64,000 nt of DNA, from assembly GCA_054600435.1 (NCBI GenBank), contig BAAIJX010000055.1, positions 1 to 64,000 on the forward strand, written 5' to 3'. Numbering within the stretch: the stretch's first letter is position 1; each line of letters starts with the position of its first letter. The DNA is from Neophaeotheca triangularis (taxonomy: Eukaryota). The notes under the pieces were generated by a model that saw only the letters and a program-made list of their open reading frames with translations, searched no databases and was not told where the DNA came from. The position numbers were made by a program, and so were the translations under genes. Positions 22,998 through 34,974 of this stretch are shown here, one piece after another.

Positions 22998-25900
22998 ATG
23001 TACGCAAGGTCCCGCTCGATTGCGTCCACTCTATCAACCTCACATCACACTCTGTTCTCGCTTGAGGTTGCGCATCAAATCCGTTCTCTGACGTCGTACC
23101 TGGGCTTGGCAATGTCATGCCTTCCTGATCTGTAAAACACGCAGCTGATGTTTTCCACAGTAGCATACTCTCTCCTGCCGACCAGGACACCAGCATCAAG
23201 GAAAACTCTTCCTCCACCATCAGTATGGACCTCGACAACGACGGACGGGACATCTCGCCGTACGAGACGCAAATTGGAGCTAGACTGCTCGAAACTCTGC
23301 AGACCGCGTTCGATACCTCCAACTCAAAGCTCACGCAGACGCCCTCTACTGGCGGCGAAACGCTCTCAGACCGCCTGAAAGCGCTCAAGCTCATCAACAA
23401 CACCATTAGATTCAATGCTAAATGGTTCAAAACCGGCGACATCAGCAGCATCTTGTACAGAGCACTCGAGCTAGTCAGTAATAGCTCCTCCACGCATGAG
23501 CTCCGCGCCGCTCTCGACCTCATCGATGTGGTCGTGACGTACTCTATACTTCCGACAGAATGCATCGAAAAATGCATCCGCTACACTTCTCAGACTTTCT
23601 ATCACGGTACGAGGCAGCACAAGCACAAGCAGCTGGCCAAAGATGCCTGGCACGTGCTCGAACACCTCATGCAAACTCACCTAGGATTCTTGTGCGTTGA
23701 GGCTCTGTTACGTACCATTGGCAGCGACGCGGAACGCATCAGTTCAAGGACCGGGTTTGCGGAGACGACAGGCGCCGTCATGGTTGTACAGGAGAAGATG
23801 CTTTTCTTCAAAGCTGAAAGGCGACTACCGCGGATCTACCTATTCGAATTGCTTCCTAGCCTCAAGATTGCAGTCGATGCGGAGGACGAGATTCTTCTGG
23901 AGCAGGCGATGGACATCTCAGTTGCGGTGGCTGCCGACGCAAACAAATTCGATGAGCTCAACGATGAGGGGGCGACAGAGCTGTTTCTCGAACTTGTGCA
24001 ACGAATTGCGATCCTTACTGAAGATGCCGAAGCTCTGTCACACCTGTTCGACAATCTGGAAGCCCGGATACAAGAAGGATACGTCGAAAATTACTTGCTG
24101 AGACTTTCGTCGGAGATCTTCATCCAGGCTCGGCGCTCCTTGCCAGAAATACTTTCGACTGCGGCGGTTCAACCATACGGCCTTGCGCAACTGGTGACTC
24201 AGCCCGAGCGTATGGAGAAGCTCGAGGTGTTTCTTAGCCAGCTTTGCAAATCCGAAAACCACAGTGCCGAGGCAGGCCGTCTCGCACAGTCCCTGGTTGA
24301 TGCTATTGCGGGCTACGGCGATCTACCTCTTGTACCATCATCTTCGCGCTACGATGCAGGCTTAGACTGTCTCGAGACATGCGTACAATGTGCCGACACC
24401 ACGCAGGAAGCTGCCAATCACTGCACGCGTGGCATTCAGCAACTCTTTTACGAAGCACTACCAGAAAAGATGCGTGCGACTGCTGCGCTCAAGACTTTGG
24501 TCAAAGTAGCGGCAGATGCGCCTTGCACAAGCGCGCGCCTCATGGCTTTCGACACCCTACTCAGCATTCGAGCTGATGTTGAAGGCGCATTGTGGATCGA
24601 GCAATCTGAAGCATCTTTGCCAGACAACTCCTTCAGCAAATCTACGCGCTGCGTTTGCAGCCTCGACTCTGGAATTCTCCCAACCTATTTCGACCTCATC
24701 ATGGACACACTCGAAGTCGGCACGGTTTGGCCTTGCTACAGTTTTGTACTCAAGCAATTGCCCGCACAGCTCAGGACACAAAGCTTGTTCTCAGATCACT
24801 ACTCATTCGTGAGCCGTCTGTGTACGGTGGTATGCGAGAAGTTGAAGTCGGGAACCTATAACGAACCTCCACCAGACACCGGCCTTTCGAAAAGCTATGT
24901 CACGGTCCAGCTGATAGCAATTCTCGTATCGCTGTTGAGCTACCATCGTCTTCTCGGAAGACAGCAGCGTGTCGATTTCGTGGCAACTTTCCTCAACATT
25001 GCTGGCTCGCGCGACTATGTTGTCAGCGTGCATTGTGTGCATGCCTTGACAATCTGTTGCTACGAGTTGCCAGAAATTGTGACCGGTCAGCTGGACGCCA
25101 TAGTGGAGCGTATGGCGAAGATGGTGACGCAAAGGTACATTGCGGTCCATGTGCTCGAGTTCCTCTCCGGCTTGTCCAACATGAGCGAACTCTGCCGCAA
25201 CTTCCGTCCGCAAAACTTCAAGCGAATTCTAGGTGTCTGTCACAGCTACCTGCAGTACGTCCGTGATGTAGACCTTTCGGTCCCGGACCAGCAGACATCT
25301 TCGAGCGAACGGAGTCTGACCAGCGGGAGCGACCCGAAAGAGGAGCTGCCCATGTATGTTTACGCTCTAGCCCACCATGTCATCATCTTCTGGTACATCG
25401 CGATGAGGCCCACTGATCGGGCGGAACTTCGACCCTACATTACTAAGAGCTTGAAGTACACCGAAGTCGACGGATCAGAGACAATTGAGGATCATGGCAT
25501 GGTGATCATGGACATGATGGATAGGATAGATGCCGAAGAAGGTGTAGAGCCGGAAGAAGAACGAGATCTTGAAAACTTTGCTAGCCAAGACGGCCGGATC
25601 ACAAAACAGATCAAGCTGGCCGGTACGATGCTGTTCACACTGGAGACATCGCTTCGGACCGGCAAGACAGTTGTCACGGTACGCCGTCCATCAGGTACTA
25701 CGAAGTACATTGTCGAATCGAAAAGCCGTGAAGGAGAAGACGTGGCCGACCTCTTACAAGCGACGCTCGAGGCCGCAGACGAGCCGCTTCCCATCATCGA
25801 CTTTGACGAGCAAGGTAGAGTTTACGGAGCCATTTCCACGCTCAGCCCCACATCTGTTCTTGGCTCACCCGATATTGCTTCCTTACCAGATAATGATGCA

Positions 25901-26704
25901 GTCGAACGCGCCATTGCCGCTTTCGATCGCACGCCAGCACTCGATTCCCACCGCGCCGGGGTGATCTACGTTGGTGAAGGCCAGACTAACGAGAAAGACA
26001 TCCTTCTCAACGCCATGGGCTCGCCCGACTATATCGACTTCATGCACGGACTCGGAAAGCTGCACACTCTCAAGGGAGCCAAATTCGATGTGGGCGGCCT
26101 TGATCGTTCGGATGATCTCCTAGATGGGAAGTACACAATCGTTTGGGAGAGCACGGTGACGCGCCTGAACTTCCACATCACCACATTGATGCCCAACAAT
26201 CCGGATCACGTTGGCTTCCCAGCTCGCAAGAAGGCGCACATCGGCAACGACTACGTCAATATCGTCTTCAACAACTCCGGTCGCAAGTTCGACCCTGCAG
26301 TCTTCCAAACGGCTTTTGGCTTCGTGTACATTGTGGTCAAGCCCAGCAGTCGCACCAGTTTCATGCAGACCCGGAGGATCCAGTTGGCAAGGACGCCCGA
26401 TGAGCGCTTCTACGAAGTCGAGGTCATCAGTCGCGCGGGCTTTCCCGACATATCCTCGGCAGCGGAAGCGAAGATTGTCTCCGGTGCATCTTTGGCGGAC
26501 TACGTGCGTAACCTGGCACTGAACGCTTGCGTTTTCGCGTTGGTGTGGGACGAGAGGAACGACGGGGAGTATCCGAGTTCGTGGAGACAGAGACTCTTGC
26601 AGTTGAGGAAGATGAGGGAGAGGTTTGGGGCGAAGGAAGAGGCGGCTGATACCGGGAAGGGCGGTACCGGGAAGAAGAAGGACACTTCGTCCAAGAAGAA
26701 GTAG
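22998..26704 (+). CDS. TSC2: Tuberin (Tsc2), Rheb GAP with a C-terminal Rap/Ran-GAP domain; main exon 23161-26704, putative short first exon 22998-23095 (5' end uncertain)
   Basis: CVHALTICCYELP, IAVHVLEFLSGL, YVYALAHHVIIFWY, RRPSG, FDRTPALDSHRAGVIYVGEGQT, GGLDR, FHITTLMP and KKAHIGNDYVNIVFN (catalytic Asn thumb). Candidate phase-2 intron 23096-23160. Confidence 0.92.
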
Positions 26705-26969
26705 TGTTGTCGTGTCGTAAGCGAGCGATGGCGTTGATGGAAGGTAGTAATCATGGCGTTTGTCGTGAACCAAAAAAGTAGTTGAGGATACCCGATCAGT
26801 GGGACAGCGTGCAGATTCTTTGCATCCTGCAAGGTTTAACTTTGCTTGCTCTTGAGAACGGACGATCAAGTACATAGTACTGTAATCAATCGTCTTTTTG
26901 AACAAATCCCCTATACTAGCTCGGTTTCGGTACTGCATGGGCCGAGCTTCCGTTTGCACTTTCAAGTTC

Positions 26970-26990
26970 ACGCGTCGCGAACGAACGCGT
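26970..26990. promoter_or_regulatory. Two MluI cell-cycle boxes (MCB, ACGCGT) plus CGCGA upstream of RNH201
   Basis: ACGCGTcgcgaacgaACGCGT, ~130-150 bp upstream of the ATG of an S-phase DNA-metabolism gene, consistent with MBF regulation. Confidence 0.65.
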
Positions 26991-27121
26991 CTTCTTAACC
27001 CGACTTCAATTCCAACAACCAGATACAGTACCAAGTATCCCCTTCGCACAGCTATTGAATAGCGTTCTCGCTGTTATCACAAAGCGGTCTCACTAAAAAG
27101 TACATCTGGGAAAGCATCAAG

Positions 27122-28181
27122 ATGGAAGAAGACATGCCAGATCAACCCGAATCGCAGACGCTCGCGGAGGAGACGCCAGTCGAGGATGTGTTCCAAGCCC
27201 CATCTATCACCATAGACAAAGTATTGGCCGGCGACAGCTATACGTATCATTCGCCGATACCAGCAACCGTAGCGGCAGACATGAGCACAGAATGCGTGCT
27301 TGGCGTCGACGAAGCCGGAAGAGGGCCTGTACTCGGTAAGAAGATCTCTGTCCGAACAATAATTCTTCTCTGACCTATCAACAGGTCCCATGGTCTACGG
27401 CCTATATTACTTGCCTCTTGAGATGCACCGCTCTCTCCTAGCAGAGACTCATCACTTCGATGACTCCAAAGTACTCACTCCATCCGTCCGCTCCGATCTT
27501 ATGGAGAAAATCAGCACTCCCGGAACCGACCTCTACGAACACTGCGGCTGGGCCACCCGTCTCATGTCTGCTCGGGACATCTCCGCTGGCCAACTGAAAC
27601 CGCACGGCACATACAACCTCAACGCCCAAGCCATGGACGCCACCATCGACCTGATACAGCAAGTACTCGACTCGGGCGTCAACGTGCGTGAAGTGTACAT
27701 CGACACTATTGGCCCACCAGCAACCTACCAGAAGAAGCTCGAAAGGATTTTTCCAACCTTGAGTATCACCGTCGCCAAGAAGGCCGATAGCCTCTACCCC
27801 TCCGTCTCTGCGGCTTCCGTCTGCGCCAAAGTAACCAGAGATGCGGCTCTCGATGTGCTCTACAGTACTTATGCAAGCGACGGTGACTCCGGCGAGATTG
27901 CGTGGGGCTCTGGTTACCCTTCGGATGCGCGCTGCAGTAACTGGCTCAAGGGGAATATGAATCCGCTCTTTGGTTGGGGCAACGAGTGTAGATTCAGTTG
28001 GGGGACGGCGAAGGAGTTGCTTGAAGCCAAGGGGGCGCCTTGTCGAGTTGATTGGCCTGAGGCTGAGGAGCAGACTGACAATTTGAAATTGACTGGGTTT
28101 TTTTCTGGGTCAGGCGGTGATGAGGTGGAGGATGAGTTGAGCATGTGGTATGGGCGGAGAGTTACTGAGGAAGTCTTTTGA
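27122..28181 (+). CDS. RNH201: Ribonuclease H2 catalytic subunit A; exons 27122-27335, 27385-28181
   Basis: LGVDEAGRGPVLGPMVYG, FDDSKVL, YNLNAQA, VYIDTIG, KKADSLYPSVSAASVCAKVTRD, WGSGYPSD and RFSW. Intron 27336-27384. Confidence 0.97.
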
Positions 28182-28386
28182 CGTTCTACGCCGTATCCAT
28201 GCACCTTCCCCTCTACGGTTAGGCTTGAGGGGCCTACAACTGTCGACCTTCCCTGCCACCCATTACAAAGATCTACAAGCGCGAACCCCATCTATGCGAC
28301 GGCATCATATTTCATTCAGAACGTCCCGGAAAGAACCCAAACTCCCCAGATCCGGACCACTACTAATCGCTCTTCACGCTACCCAA

Positions 28387-30282
28387 ATGTGTTTCGGGAT
28401 CCAGTCAGAGCCTCGCAGCAGCCGGGAACCTTGGTCGGAATGGCGTGACCGAGTACATGGGGGTCATCATGATTCGCGATATGGTGGCGGAAAGCACGCC
28501 TCTCCCGACTCCATCCTAGACATACATCCACCACTAGTCCCTCGAAAGCCCTCTGCGGCTTTCGCACAGGGATCTAACGGTGGAGTTATGCAAAATTCCC
28601 GGGATCATGAGCAACTACTGCCTCGTCCAGGTTATACGCCTTTCGCCGCCACTTTTCCGCAGCCGGAACATCCTCAACAAAACGATAATCTACTAAGCTA
28701 TCCCCAGCAGACGTACTCTCCGCAACACTATCGCCCAAAGAGCAAGCGATCGTCGCAGTTTTCGCGATCAGAACGAGAAGCCTCCCGACCGCCCCCAATG
28801 GCACAAATTCAGGGGTATGGACCGCCAGAGCCCTCACCTCATTACGGCCTTCGCCCAGATGACACCACAGAAACGGCGCAGGACGGGTGGAGAGATTCAC
28901 GCGTAGGCTCGCGGGTCCAACATAAAGGCTCACGTAGAGCCTCACCAGACTACCATGGCAATCGTTCCAAACCGCACAGCGACCGTAGAGGCTCGCGAAC
29001 GGGGTCGAAGTACGATAATGCTCAGGGTTATGGCCAACCAGAACGATTCCCGCATGACGAGCCCTCTCGGAACGAAGTGGGACAGATGGCACACAACAAC
29101 CGTACAGGTTCACGTGAGGCATCTCGAATCAACGGTGCTCAAAATTATCAACCACCGACGGCCGCCGACTACTTTGACGAACCCGAGCCTATTGAACAAG
29201 ATAATGGTATGGGCTCCCACCCAGCTTTTTGGACGGGACCGGGCTCGAGGCCACCATCAAGGGCAAGTACCGCCGAAAGCAGGACCATTCACCAATATCT
29301 CCCTTCTCAAGGCCATGCCCCACAACTAAACACCGAACCAACCGCAGCTGCAAGCCTATCTGGCGTCACCTCAGCCTCTGTCGCGCCAAGCGAAGCCATA
29401 TCCCACTCGGGCCGATACTTGCGCCAGGAGACCACCGCCCAGCGAATGCCCGGCGGTACCAGAGCTCCGCCTAGCGAAACAATTTACAGACCGCCGCCCG
29501 AAGGATACAAGAACTGGGATGAGGCCCAGAGAAACTGGGGTTGGGGCTCGGAGTTGGGCAGAGAGACGAATTTCTCACCCATTCCAAGCGGATCTGCTGA
29601 GAGTACGACTTCCGCGAAGCGACGCAAGATTAGGAAGCGAATGCCTGCCGAGACTGAGATTTCCGATGGCGTGGCGAGGAATCATGGAGGTGCTCAAGGG
29701 GGTGTTTCAGACGGACGCTTGGGAGGGAGACAGAGCTTCAAGAAGGACGACCGTTCGAATGGTAAATCTAGGCATAGATCAACCGAGTACGACTCTACCG
29801 AATCCGAATACGATGGGGCCAGAACTACCAGGCCGAGTTCTTCGCAGGAGACCCACGAGCCTATGAAAGGGCCAAGCCGTTCCCGGGAGAGCTCAAGATA
29901 TTCCGGGTCGAAATCCCGCAGCTCTCATGACAGCTACACCGACTCGGGCTTTTCGAGGCGATCGTCGCGGCGCGAATCTATTAAGCAGCCCTATGCACCA
30001 GGACTAACACCAGTACCCGAGGCGCGGGGGGAGCGTGGCAGCAGAGCCCCTGGTAATTCTTACGGTACACCGTCATATTTCGACTCGGAGTCCAGCGTTC
30101 CCACTGTGCCACCTTCTCGTAGCAGCCACTCGCAAGGTCCAGAGCGAACACCTAACGTAGAGGCGCGTAATAGAGATGGCGGCAAGACCTCTGACAGTAG
30201 GCACGGAAAGAAGAACGGATCGGTAGCGAATAGCGACGCTGAGGCACGGAGATTCCTCGATGATCTCCTGAGCGGCCCGTGA
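28387..30282 (+). CDS. Hypothetical low-complexity, probably intrinsically disordered protein rich in S/R/G/P/Q (~630 aa from ATG 28387)
   Basis: Uninterrupted ~2.1-kb ORF filling the gap between two genes, with hydrophilic composition and no recognisable domain. The start codon is uncertain. Confidence 0.65.
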   Translation: MCFGIQSEPRSSREPWSEWRDRVHGGHHDSRYGGGKHASPDSILDIHPPLVPRKPSAAFAQGSNGGVMQNSRDHEQLLPRPGYTPFAATFPQPEHPQQNDNLLSYPQQTYSPQHYRPKSKRSSQFSRSEREASRPPPMAQIQGYGPPEPSPHYGLRPDDTTETAQDGWRDSRVGSRVQHKGSRRASPDYHGNRSKPHSDRRGSRTGSKYDNAQGYGQPERFPHDEPSRNEVGQMAHNNRTGSREASRINGAQNYQPPTAADYFDEPEPIEQDNGMGSHPAFWTGPGSRPPSRASTAESRTIHQYLPSQGHAPQLNTEPTAAASLSGVTSASVAPSEAISHSGRYLRQETTAQRMPGGTRAPPSETIYRPPPEGYKNWDEAQRNWGWGSELGRETNFSPIPSGSAESTTSAKRRKIRKRMPAETEISDGVARNHGGAQGGVSDGRLGGRQSFKKDDRSNGKSRHRSTEYDSTESEYDGARTTRPSSSQETHEPMKGPSRSRESSRYSGSKSRSSHDSYTDSGFSRRSSRRESIKQPYAPGLTPVPEARGERGSRAPGNSYGTPSYFDSESSVPTVPPSRSSHSQGPERTPNVEARNRDGGKTSDSRHGKKNGSVANSDAEARRFLDDLLSGP

Positions 30283-30403
30283 AGCTGGAATTTCCGCAAT
30301 CGAGCCGCTCGTGGAAGGCCACATGCAATTTCCGTCCCCATATTTTCATAGCTCCATACCTCATCAATGCCACCAACTCCCAACCTTGGAACTCTCAAGC
30401 CCA

Positions 30404-30964
30404 TCAATACCCCACAACACCCGCCGCAACACTAGTCACCCCCCAACTCCACTGCAGCCATTGCAGCACTTGCAACATATCCTCCGTCTTCTTCTGCGCC
30501 TCGTTATACGCTTCCATCTTGGGCAGCGGCACTCTCACTCCCACGTTCTTGCCATCCTGTGGCGCCCAATAACCCGCAACGTGCGCTCTGGCGACCGAGA
30601 CGGCGAAGAGCACAAAGGGGGAGCCCACGTAGCGCAGCCAGGCGGGAGGTTGCAGTAGATACCCTACCGACGAGAGGATTAGGGCGGCTTCGAGGGAGAG
30701 GAAGACCTGTCGGTACACGTCAGCAATGCGTCGATATGAGAGTTGTGACTTTGGGTTTAGTTGTAATGTACGCACAGCTATAGCACCAGATGTCTGGGTC
30801 GATTGCGTCTTGTGCAGTTCCTGCTCGACTGTTTTAGAGTACTCGGCCGCTTTTTTGGTGGTTTGTTCGTATTTGCGGAGGTTGACGATTGCGATGGCGG
30901 AGAGGTAGAGGCCCCAGGCGCTGAGGGCGGCTTGGGGGAGGTGGAGGAGTTGGAGGAGGGGCAT
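30404..30964 (-). CDS. Small fungal hypothetical membrane protein (3-4 hydrophobic segments); probable intron 30775-30707
   Basis: GLYLSAIAIVNLRKYE...AAEYSKTVEQELHKTQSTQTSGAIA followed by hydrophobic helices and PLPKMEAYNEA. A 69-nt in-frame GTGCGT..CTGAC..CAG intron. Confidence 0.8.
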   Translation of the reverse strand: MPLLQLLHLPQAALSAWGLYLSAIAIVNLRKYEQTTKKAAEYSKTVEQELHKTQSTQTSGAIAVRTLQLNPKSQLSYRRIADVYRQVFLSLEAALILSSVGYLLQPPAWLRYVGSPFVLFAVSVARAHVAGYWAPQDGKNVGVRVPLPKMEAYNEAQKKTEDMLQVLQWLQWSWGVTSVAAGVVGY

Positions 30965-31431
30965 TGTTGAGTTTGGTGTGGTTAAGACTTTGGGTAGTAG
31001 TTGGATAGACCTCCAGGACGTTTGCCGATGTTTGCTGATAAGATGTTTTATCGATCATCTTATCTCCTCAGTAAGGTAAGGTACTAGGTAGTGCTGATGA
31101 GTGATGACTGATCAGTGATGACCTTCCATTGAACGGATGCTCCGCCGGGGAGAGCCGGGAAGTACTTTCCGAGTCTGGGGTAGAAGACCGAGGCAAGATG
31201 GAGCTGCGCTGCGCTGCGACATACCGTCACTCGAGGAGACGGCGGATACCTAATAACCGCGACGACAACCTCTCCCTCTCTCTTTTCGATCAACAAAAAG
31301 ATCCCCTCTTCCTCCCCGTCTTTTTGGCTCTTTTCTCAAATCACTCGATACATTTCATCACCCGTTCCAACAAAAGTCACCGTATCCCTTCACTCAACTT
31401 GCTCATTCCATTAACAAACCCCAGCGCAGCC

Positions 31432-32643
31432 ATGGCCGACAAAGCAGGAGCACCCACCCCCTCCAACCCCCTCCCCAGCTCCACCACCCCTCAGAACCAG
31501 GTCCAAAACATTCCCGCCTCGTCTCCAGCAGCCCAAAACGCCGCCGAACAGCAAAGCGACAATGTGGCCCACGCCCTTGCGGGAGCAGGCGGAGGCCTCC
31601 TCTCCATGGCCCTCACGTACCCGCTAATCACGCTGTCGACGCGCGCCCAGGTCGAGTCCAAGAAAGCCGACACGAGCTTCAGCACCGCCATCAAGCGCAT
31701 CGTCGACCGCGAGGGCATCACGGGCTTGTACGCCGGCATGGAGAGCGCGCTGTTCGGCATCACCGTTACCAACTTTGTCTACTACTACTGTAAATACACA
31801 CACCACCGCCCTCACCCCACCTAGCCATGCAACCCCACTAACCCACGTCCCTCTCCCACTTCCAGGGTACGAATTCTCTCGCGCATTCTTCCAACGCACC
31901 ACGGCCAAAACCCGTCTCTCGACCCTCGAATCCATGGCCGCGGGCGCCCTAGCGGGCTCCCTGACCGTCCTCTTCACCAACCCCATCTGGGTCGTCAACA
32001 CGCGCATGACAGCCCGCAAATCCGAGTCGTCGGACCCCTCGCTCCCGACGTCGAAACCCACCTCCTCGTCGGGTCAAGACAGCATGAAACCGCAACCGGC
32101 GCCGTCGACCATCTCGACGTTTGTGAAAATCATCCGCGAAGACGGCTTCACCCGGCTGTTCGCGGGCGTCCTGCCGGCGCTCGTGCTCGTCATCAATCCC
32201 ATCCTGCAGTACACCATTTTCGAGCAGTTGAAGCAGATGCTGGAGAAGCGGCGCAAAGTCACCGCCAGGGATAGCTTTTTGCTGGGTGCGCTGGGTAAGC
32301 TGGCGGCCACGAGCATCACGTACCCGTACATCACGGTCAAGTCGCGCGCGCACGTTGCGACGGGTGAGGGCCGCGAGGGCATGACGGCGAGCCTGAAGCG
32401 TATCGTTAGGGAGGAGGGTGTTGGTGGGCTTTACGGAGGTGAGTTGTTTTGATTCATCACTTTGCGAACGAGAAACGAGAGGTGGGAAGGGTGGGAAATT
32501 CTTTCAGTGCTGACGTTTGTGACGTAGGTATTGGTCCCAAGGTTACGCAGTCTGTGCTCACGGCAGCTTTCTTGTTCGCTTTCAAGGACGTGCTGTATGA
32601 CATGACTATCAAGGCTAGGCGTACTGTCGCTAAGAAGGCTTAA
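31432..32643 (+). CDS. PMP47: Peroxisomal mitochondrial-carrier-family transporter (PMP47/PMP34-SLC25A17-like); exons 31432-31789, 31866-32438, 32528-32643
   Basis: Three carrier repeats (ALAGAGGGLLSMALTYPLITLSTRAQV, TNPIWVVNTRM, TYPYITVKSR), plus NFVYYYWYE, LVINPILQYTIFEQLK and GIGPKVTQSVLTAAFLF. Confidence 0.9.
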
Positions 32644-33093
32644 ATGGTGAGGGTGGGAGTCGCGGGGTCCGGGTACGGAGGGGAGATGGAGTGCGGTGTG
32701 AGGGAGGCGGTTGACGGATATCTTGGAGCGGTCATCGTGCAGTGAGACGGTGCACATACAGATTGTAAGCCGCGCACGTGTAAGAAGCAAGAATCGGGCG
32801 GATTCATCTCGGTGCCGGGAAAAACGCAGGAAAAGGGAAGGGCGTTGGATGTGTTTCAGATCTTCGCGAGTGATATCAGCAAACGTCCATTCCAGAACAA
32901 CTCAAACAAAACACAAAACAGAATCACGTTTGAAACCTATACAAAAGCAATTTCCCAAGACAATGGCAGCTAGGGTATATCGATCTGCATTCAAAACTCG
33001 CCCCGTTCCCACCCAATCATCTGCGATGTTGCTACAAAAGACAAAGTCGTTAGCTTTCACGGGGTACTCGCGATCAAAACCGAAAACACAACA

Positions 33094-34974
33094 TCAAGCA
33101 CTCACCCCACCAGCACCACTCCCAGGGCCAACCATGGCCCTCTGCCGCCCGATCCAGCTCTTGGGCTCCTGCCGCCTCCGGCCAAGACCAACATCGTTCC
33201 GCTGCAACCTAGCCGAAAGCTCAAACCACGCGGTGGCCACGAGGCGGTTCTCGCGCTGCAAGGCACCCGCATCCTGCTGCGCCGTCGCCGCCGTGGCCAC
33301 TGGCTGCCGGGGCCGCTGAGTCGTCGCCGTCTCGAGCTCCTCGCGCAGTGCCGCTATGGTCGAGTCTTGCGATTGCAAGCGGTGCGCGGTCTCGGCGTCG
33401 TGGTCGTTTTGGGAAGCGCGGCTGGCTTCTTCGAGCTCGGAAGCGCGTTGGCTGGCTTGCTTGAAGCGCGTGTCCGCGGCTTCGAGCTGTTGCTGCAGCA
33501 GGGCGAGTTTTTCCGTCAGGTGGTGGGTTTCGTCGTCCCCGCCGGGTTGGATCTTTGGCCCGGACGGCTCTGTGTGGTCCTCTTGTTTCTCTTCGAAAGA
33601 TTTGGCCGCGGCCGTTGCGTCGTCGGTGCCGAGTTGGGCTAGTTTGTCCGCCAGTTCGGCCATGCGTTCGTGATCGGCTTCGTGGCGTTCGCGCGCTGCG
33701 TCGAGTTTCTTAGCCAGGACTTCGGCGTCGTAGAGGGCGTGTTTGCGCGTCGTCGTGAGCTCGGTGATTTGGTACTCTTGGTTGCGGATCAGGCCGCCCT
33801 TTTCAATAATCTCCTTTTCCAAATTCTTCTGGGCTTGCTTGACGCGGTCGAGCTGTTCCAGCCGGTCGTTGGCGTGTTTGAGATCGTCGCGGAGGGTTGC
33901 GTTGGCTTTTTCGGATTCTTGTAGGGTCTGGATTTTGCGCTTGAGGTTTTCGTTGGCTTTGAGTTTTTGGGAAAGGTCTTCGTTTTCGGCGCGCAGGAGT
34001 TGCAGGTCGTCGCGGAGTTTTTGGCTTTCTTCGTTGGCGGAGCGGAGTTTTTCTAGCTGGCGCTCGTATTTTTCCACAGAGGCTCTTGATCCTTGGAGTT
34101 GGCTTTCCAGGTCGTCAATGTAGGCTCTATCGTTCTCCGCCTGTCGTTGCAGCTTCTTGAAAGCATCCTCACCCGTATGCTTGCGGCCTTTACTATCAAT
34201 CTCCTCCCTGTACGCGTCAAAAGCCTCCTGCAACCTCTCCTTGTCCTGCCTCAACTCATGCAACTGGCTCTGCATCCTCGCGTTATTCGCCTGCAACTGC
34301 TCAATCGTCGCCTGCGCCTGCAAAAGCTCTTCCTCGCGCTCCAGCAGCGGATCCCTATAAAGCCCGGCACCACTGCCCTTGTGCCCGTTAGCCTGCATCT
34401 GCGCCTGTGCCTGCTGCTGCTCCTCCGCCCCGGAAACATGACTGCTCTCCTCCCCGATGCCACCATCCTCCAACTCCTGCTCCCCCAGCTCCTCCTCATC
34501 CGTCTCCTCCATGGCCCTCAATTCATTCGCAACGACCATAGCCCTCTCCCTCCCCAGCCCCATCAACCTCTGCGCCATGCGCTGATTCGACTCCGGGCTC
34601 GCCATGGAAGCGCGGATGATAACCATAATCAGCTTCTCCAGCTCAGCCGTGTCGGCATCCTCGGCAATAGCTTTCAAATCCGGCGTCGCGGACGTTTTGG
34701 CGTCCTGGCCGTCGCAAATGTCGCGGTAGTAGATGGCCAGCTGCTTGTCGACGTGTTTGAGATTCTGCCATTTGCGCGTCCACTCGGCGCTGGGCGAGAC
34801 GTGGGGTTCGGGGAGCGCGCCGGAGAAGTAGTCGCCGTCGATGGCTTGGAGGATGGTCCAGAGGGTCTGGCCGTCGCTGAGGTCGCGCCAGCTTTGTGCT
34901 GGGCTGTTGGGGGAGAAGGAGTGGACCCATTCGAGCAGGCTGCTGGCTAGGCTGGCTGGTTCGTCGGTGTCCAT
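33094..34974 (-). CDS. hookA: Hook-family dynein/early-endosome adaptor (HookA-like), intronless, 626 aa
   Basis: N-terminal Hook domain (LLEWVHSF, DLSDGQTLWTILQAIDGDYF, WQNLKHV, PDLKAIA), a long coiled coil, and the C-terminal RENRLVATAWFELSARLQ...SWIGRQR motif. Confidence 0.9.
   Translation of the reverse strand: MDTDEPASLASSLLEWVHSFSPNSPAQSWRDLSDGQTLWTILQAIDGDYFSGALPEPHVSPSAEWTRKWQNLKHVDKQLAIYYRDICDGQDAKTSATPDLKAIAEDADTAELEKLIMVIIRASMASPESNQRMAQRLMGLGRERAMVVANELRAMEETDEEELGEQELEDGGIGEESSHVSGAEEQQQAQAQMQANGHKGSGAGLYRDPLLEREEELLQAQATIEQLQANNARMQSQLHELRQDKERLQEAFDAYREEIDSKGRKHTGEDAFKKLQRQAENDRAYIDDLESQLQGSRASVEKYERQLEKLRSANEESQKLRDDLQLLRAENEDLSQKLKANENLKRKIQTLQESEKANATLRDDLKHANDRLEQLDRVKQAQKNLEKEIIEKGGLIRNQEYQITELTTTRKHALYDAEVLAKKLDAARERHEADHERMAELADKLAQLGTDDATAAAKSFEEKQEDHTEPSGPKIQPGGDDETHHLTEKLALLQQQLEAADTRFKQASQRASELEEASRASQNDHDAETAHRLQSQDSTIAALREELETATTQRPRQPVATAATAQQDAGALQRENRLVATAWFELSARLQRNDVGLGRRRQEPKSWIGRQRAMVGPGSGAGGVSA

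Noticed and set aside
9009..34974. Apparent peroxisome/trafficking gene cluster (ATG8, CYB2-SKL, TRS120, PMP47, hookA)
   Set aside because: The genes are interspersed with unrelated housekeeping genes and no shared motif is seen; consistent with chance.
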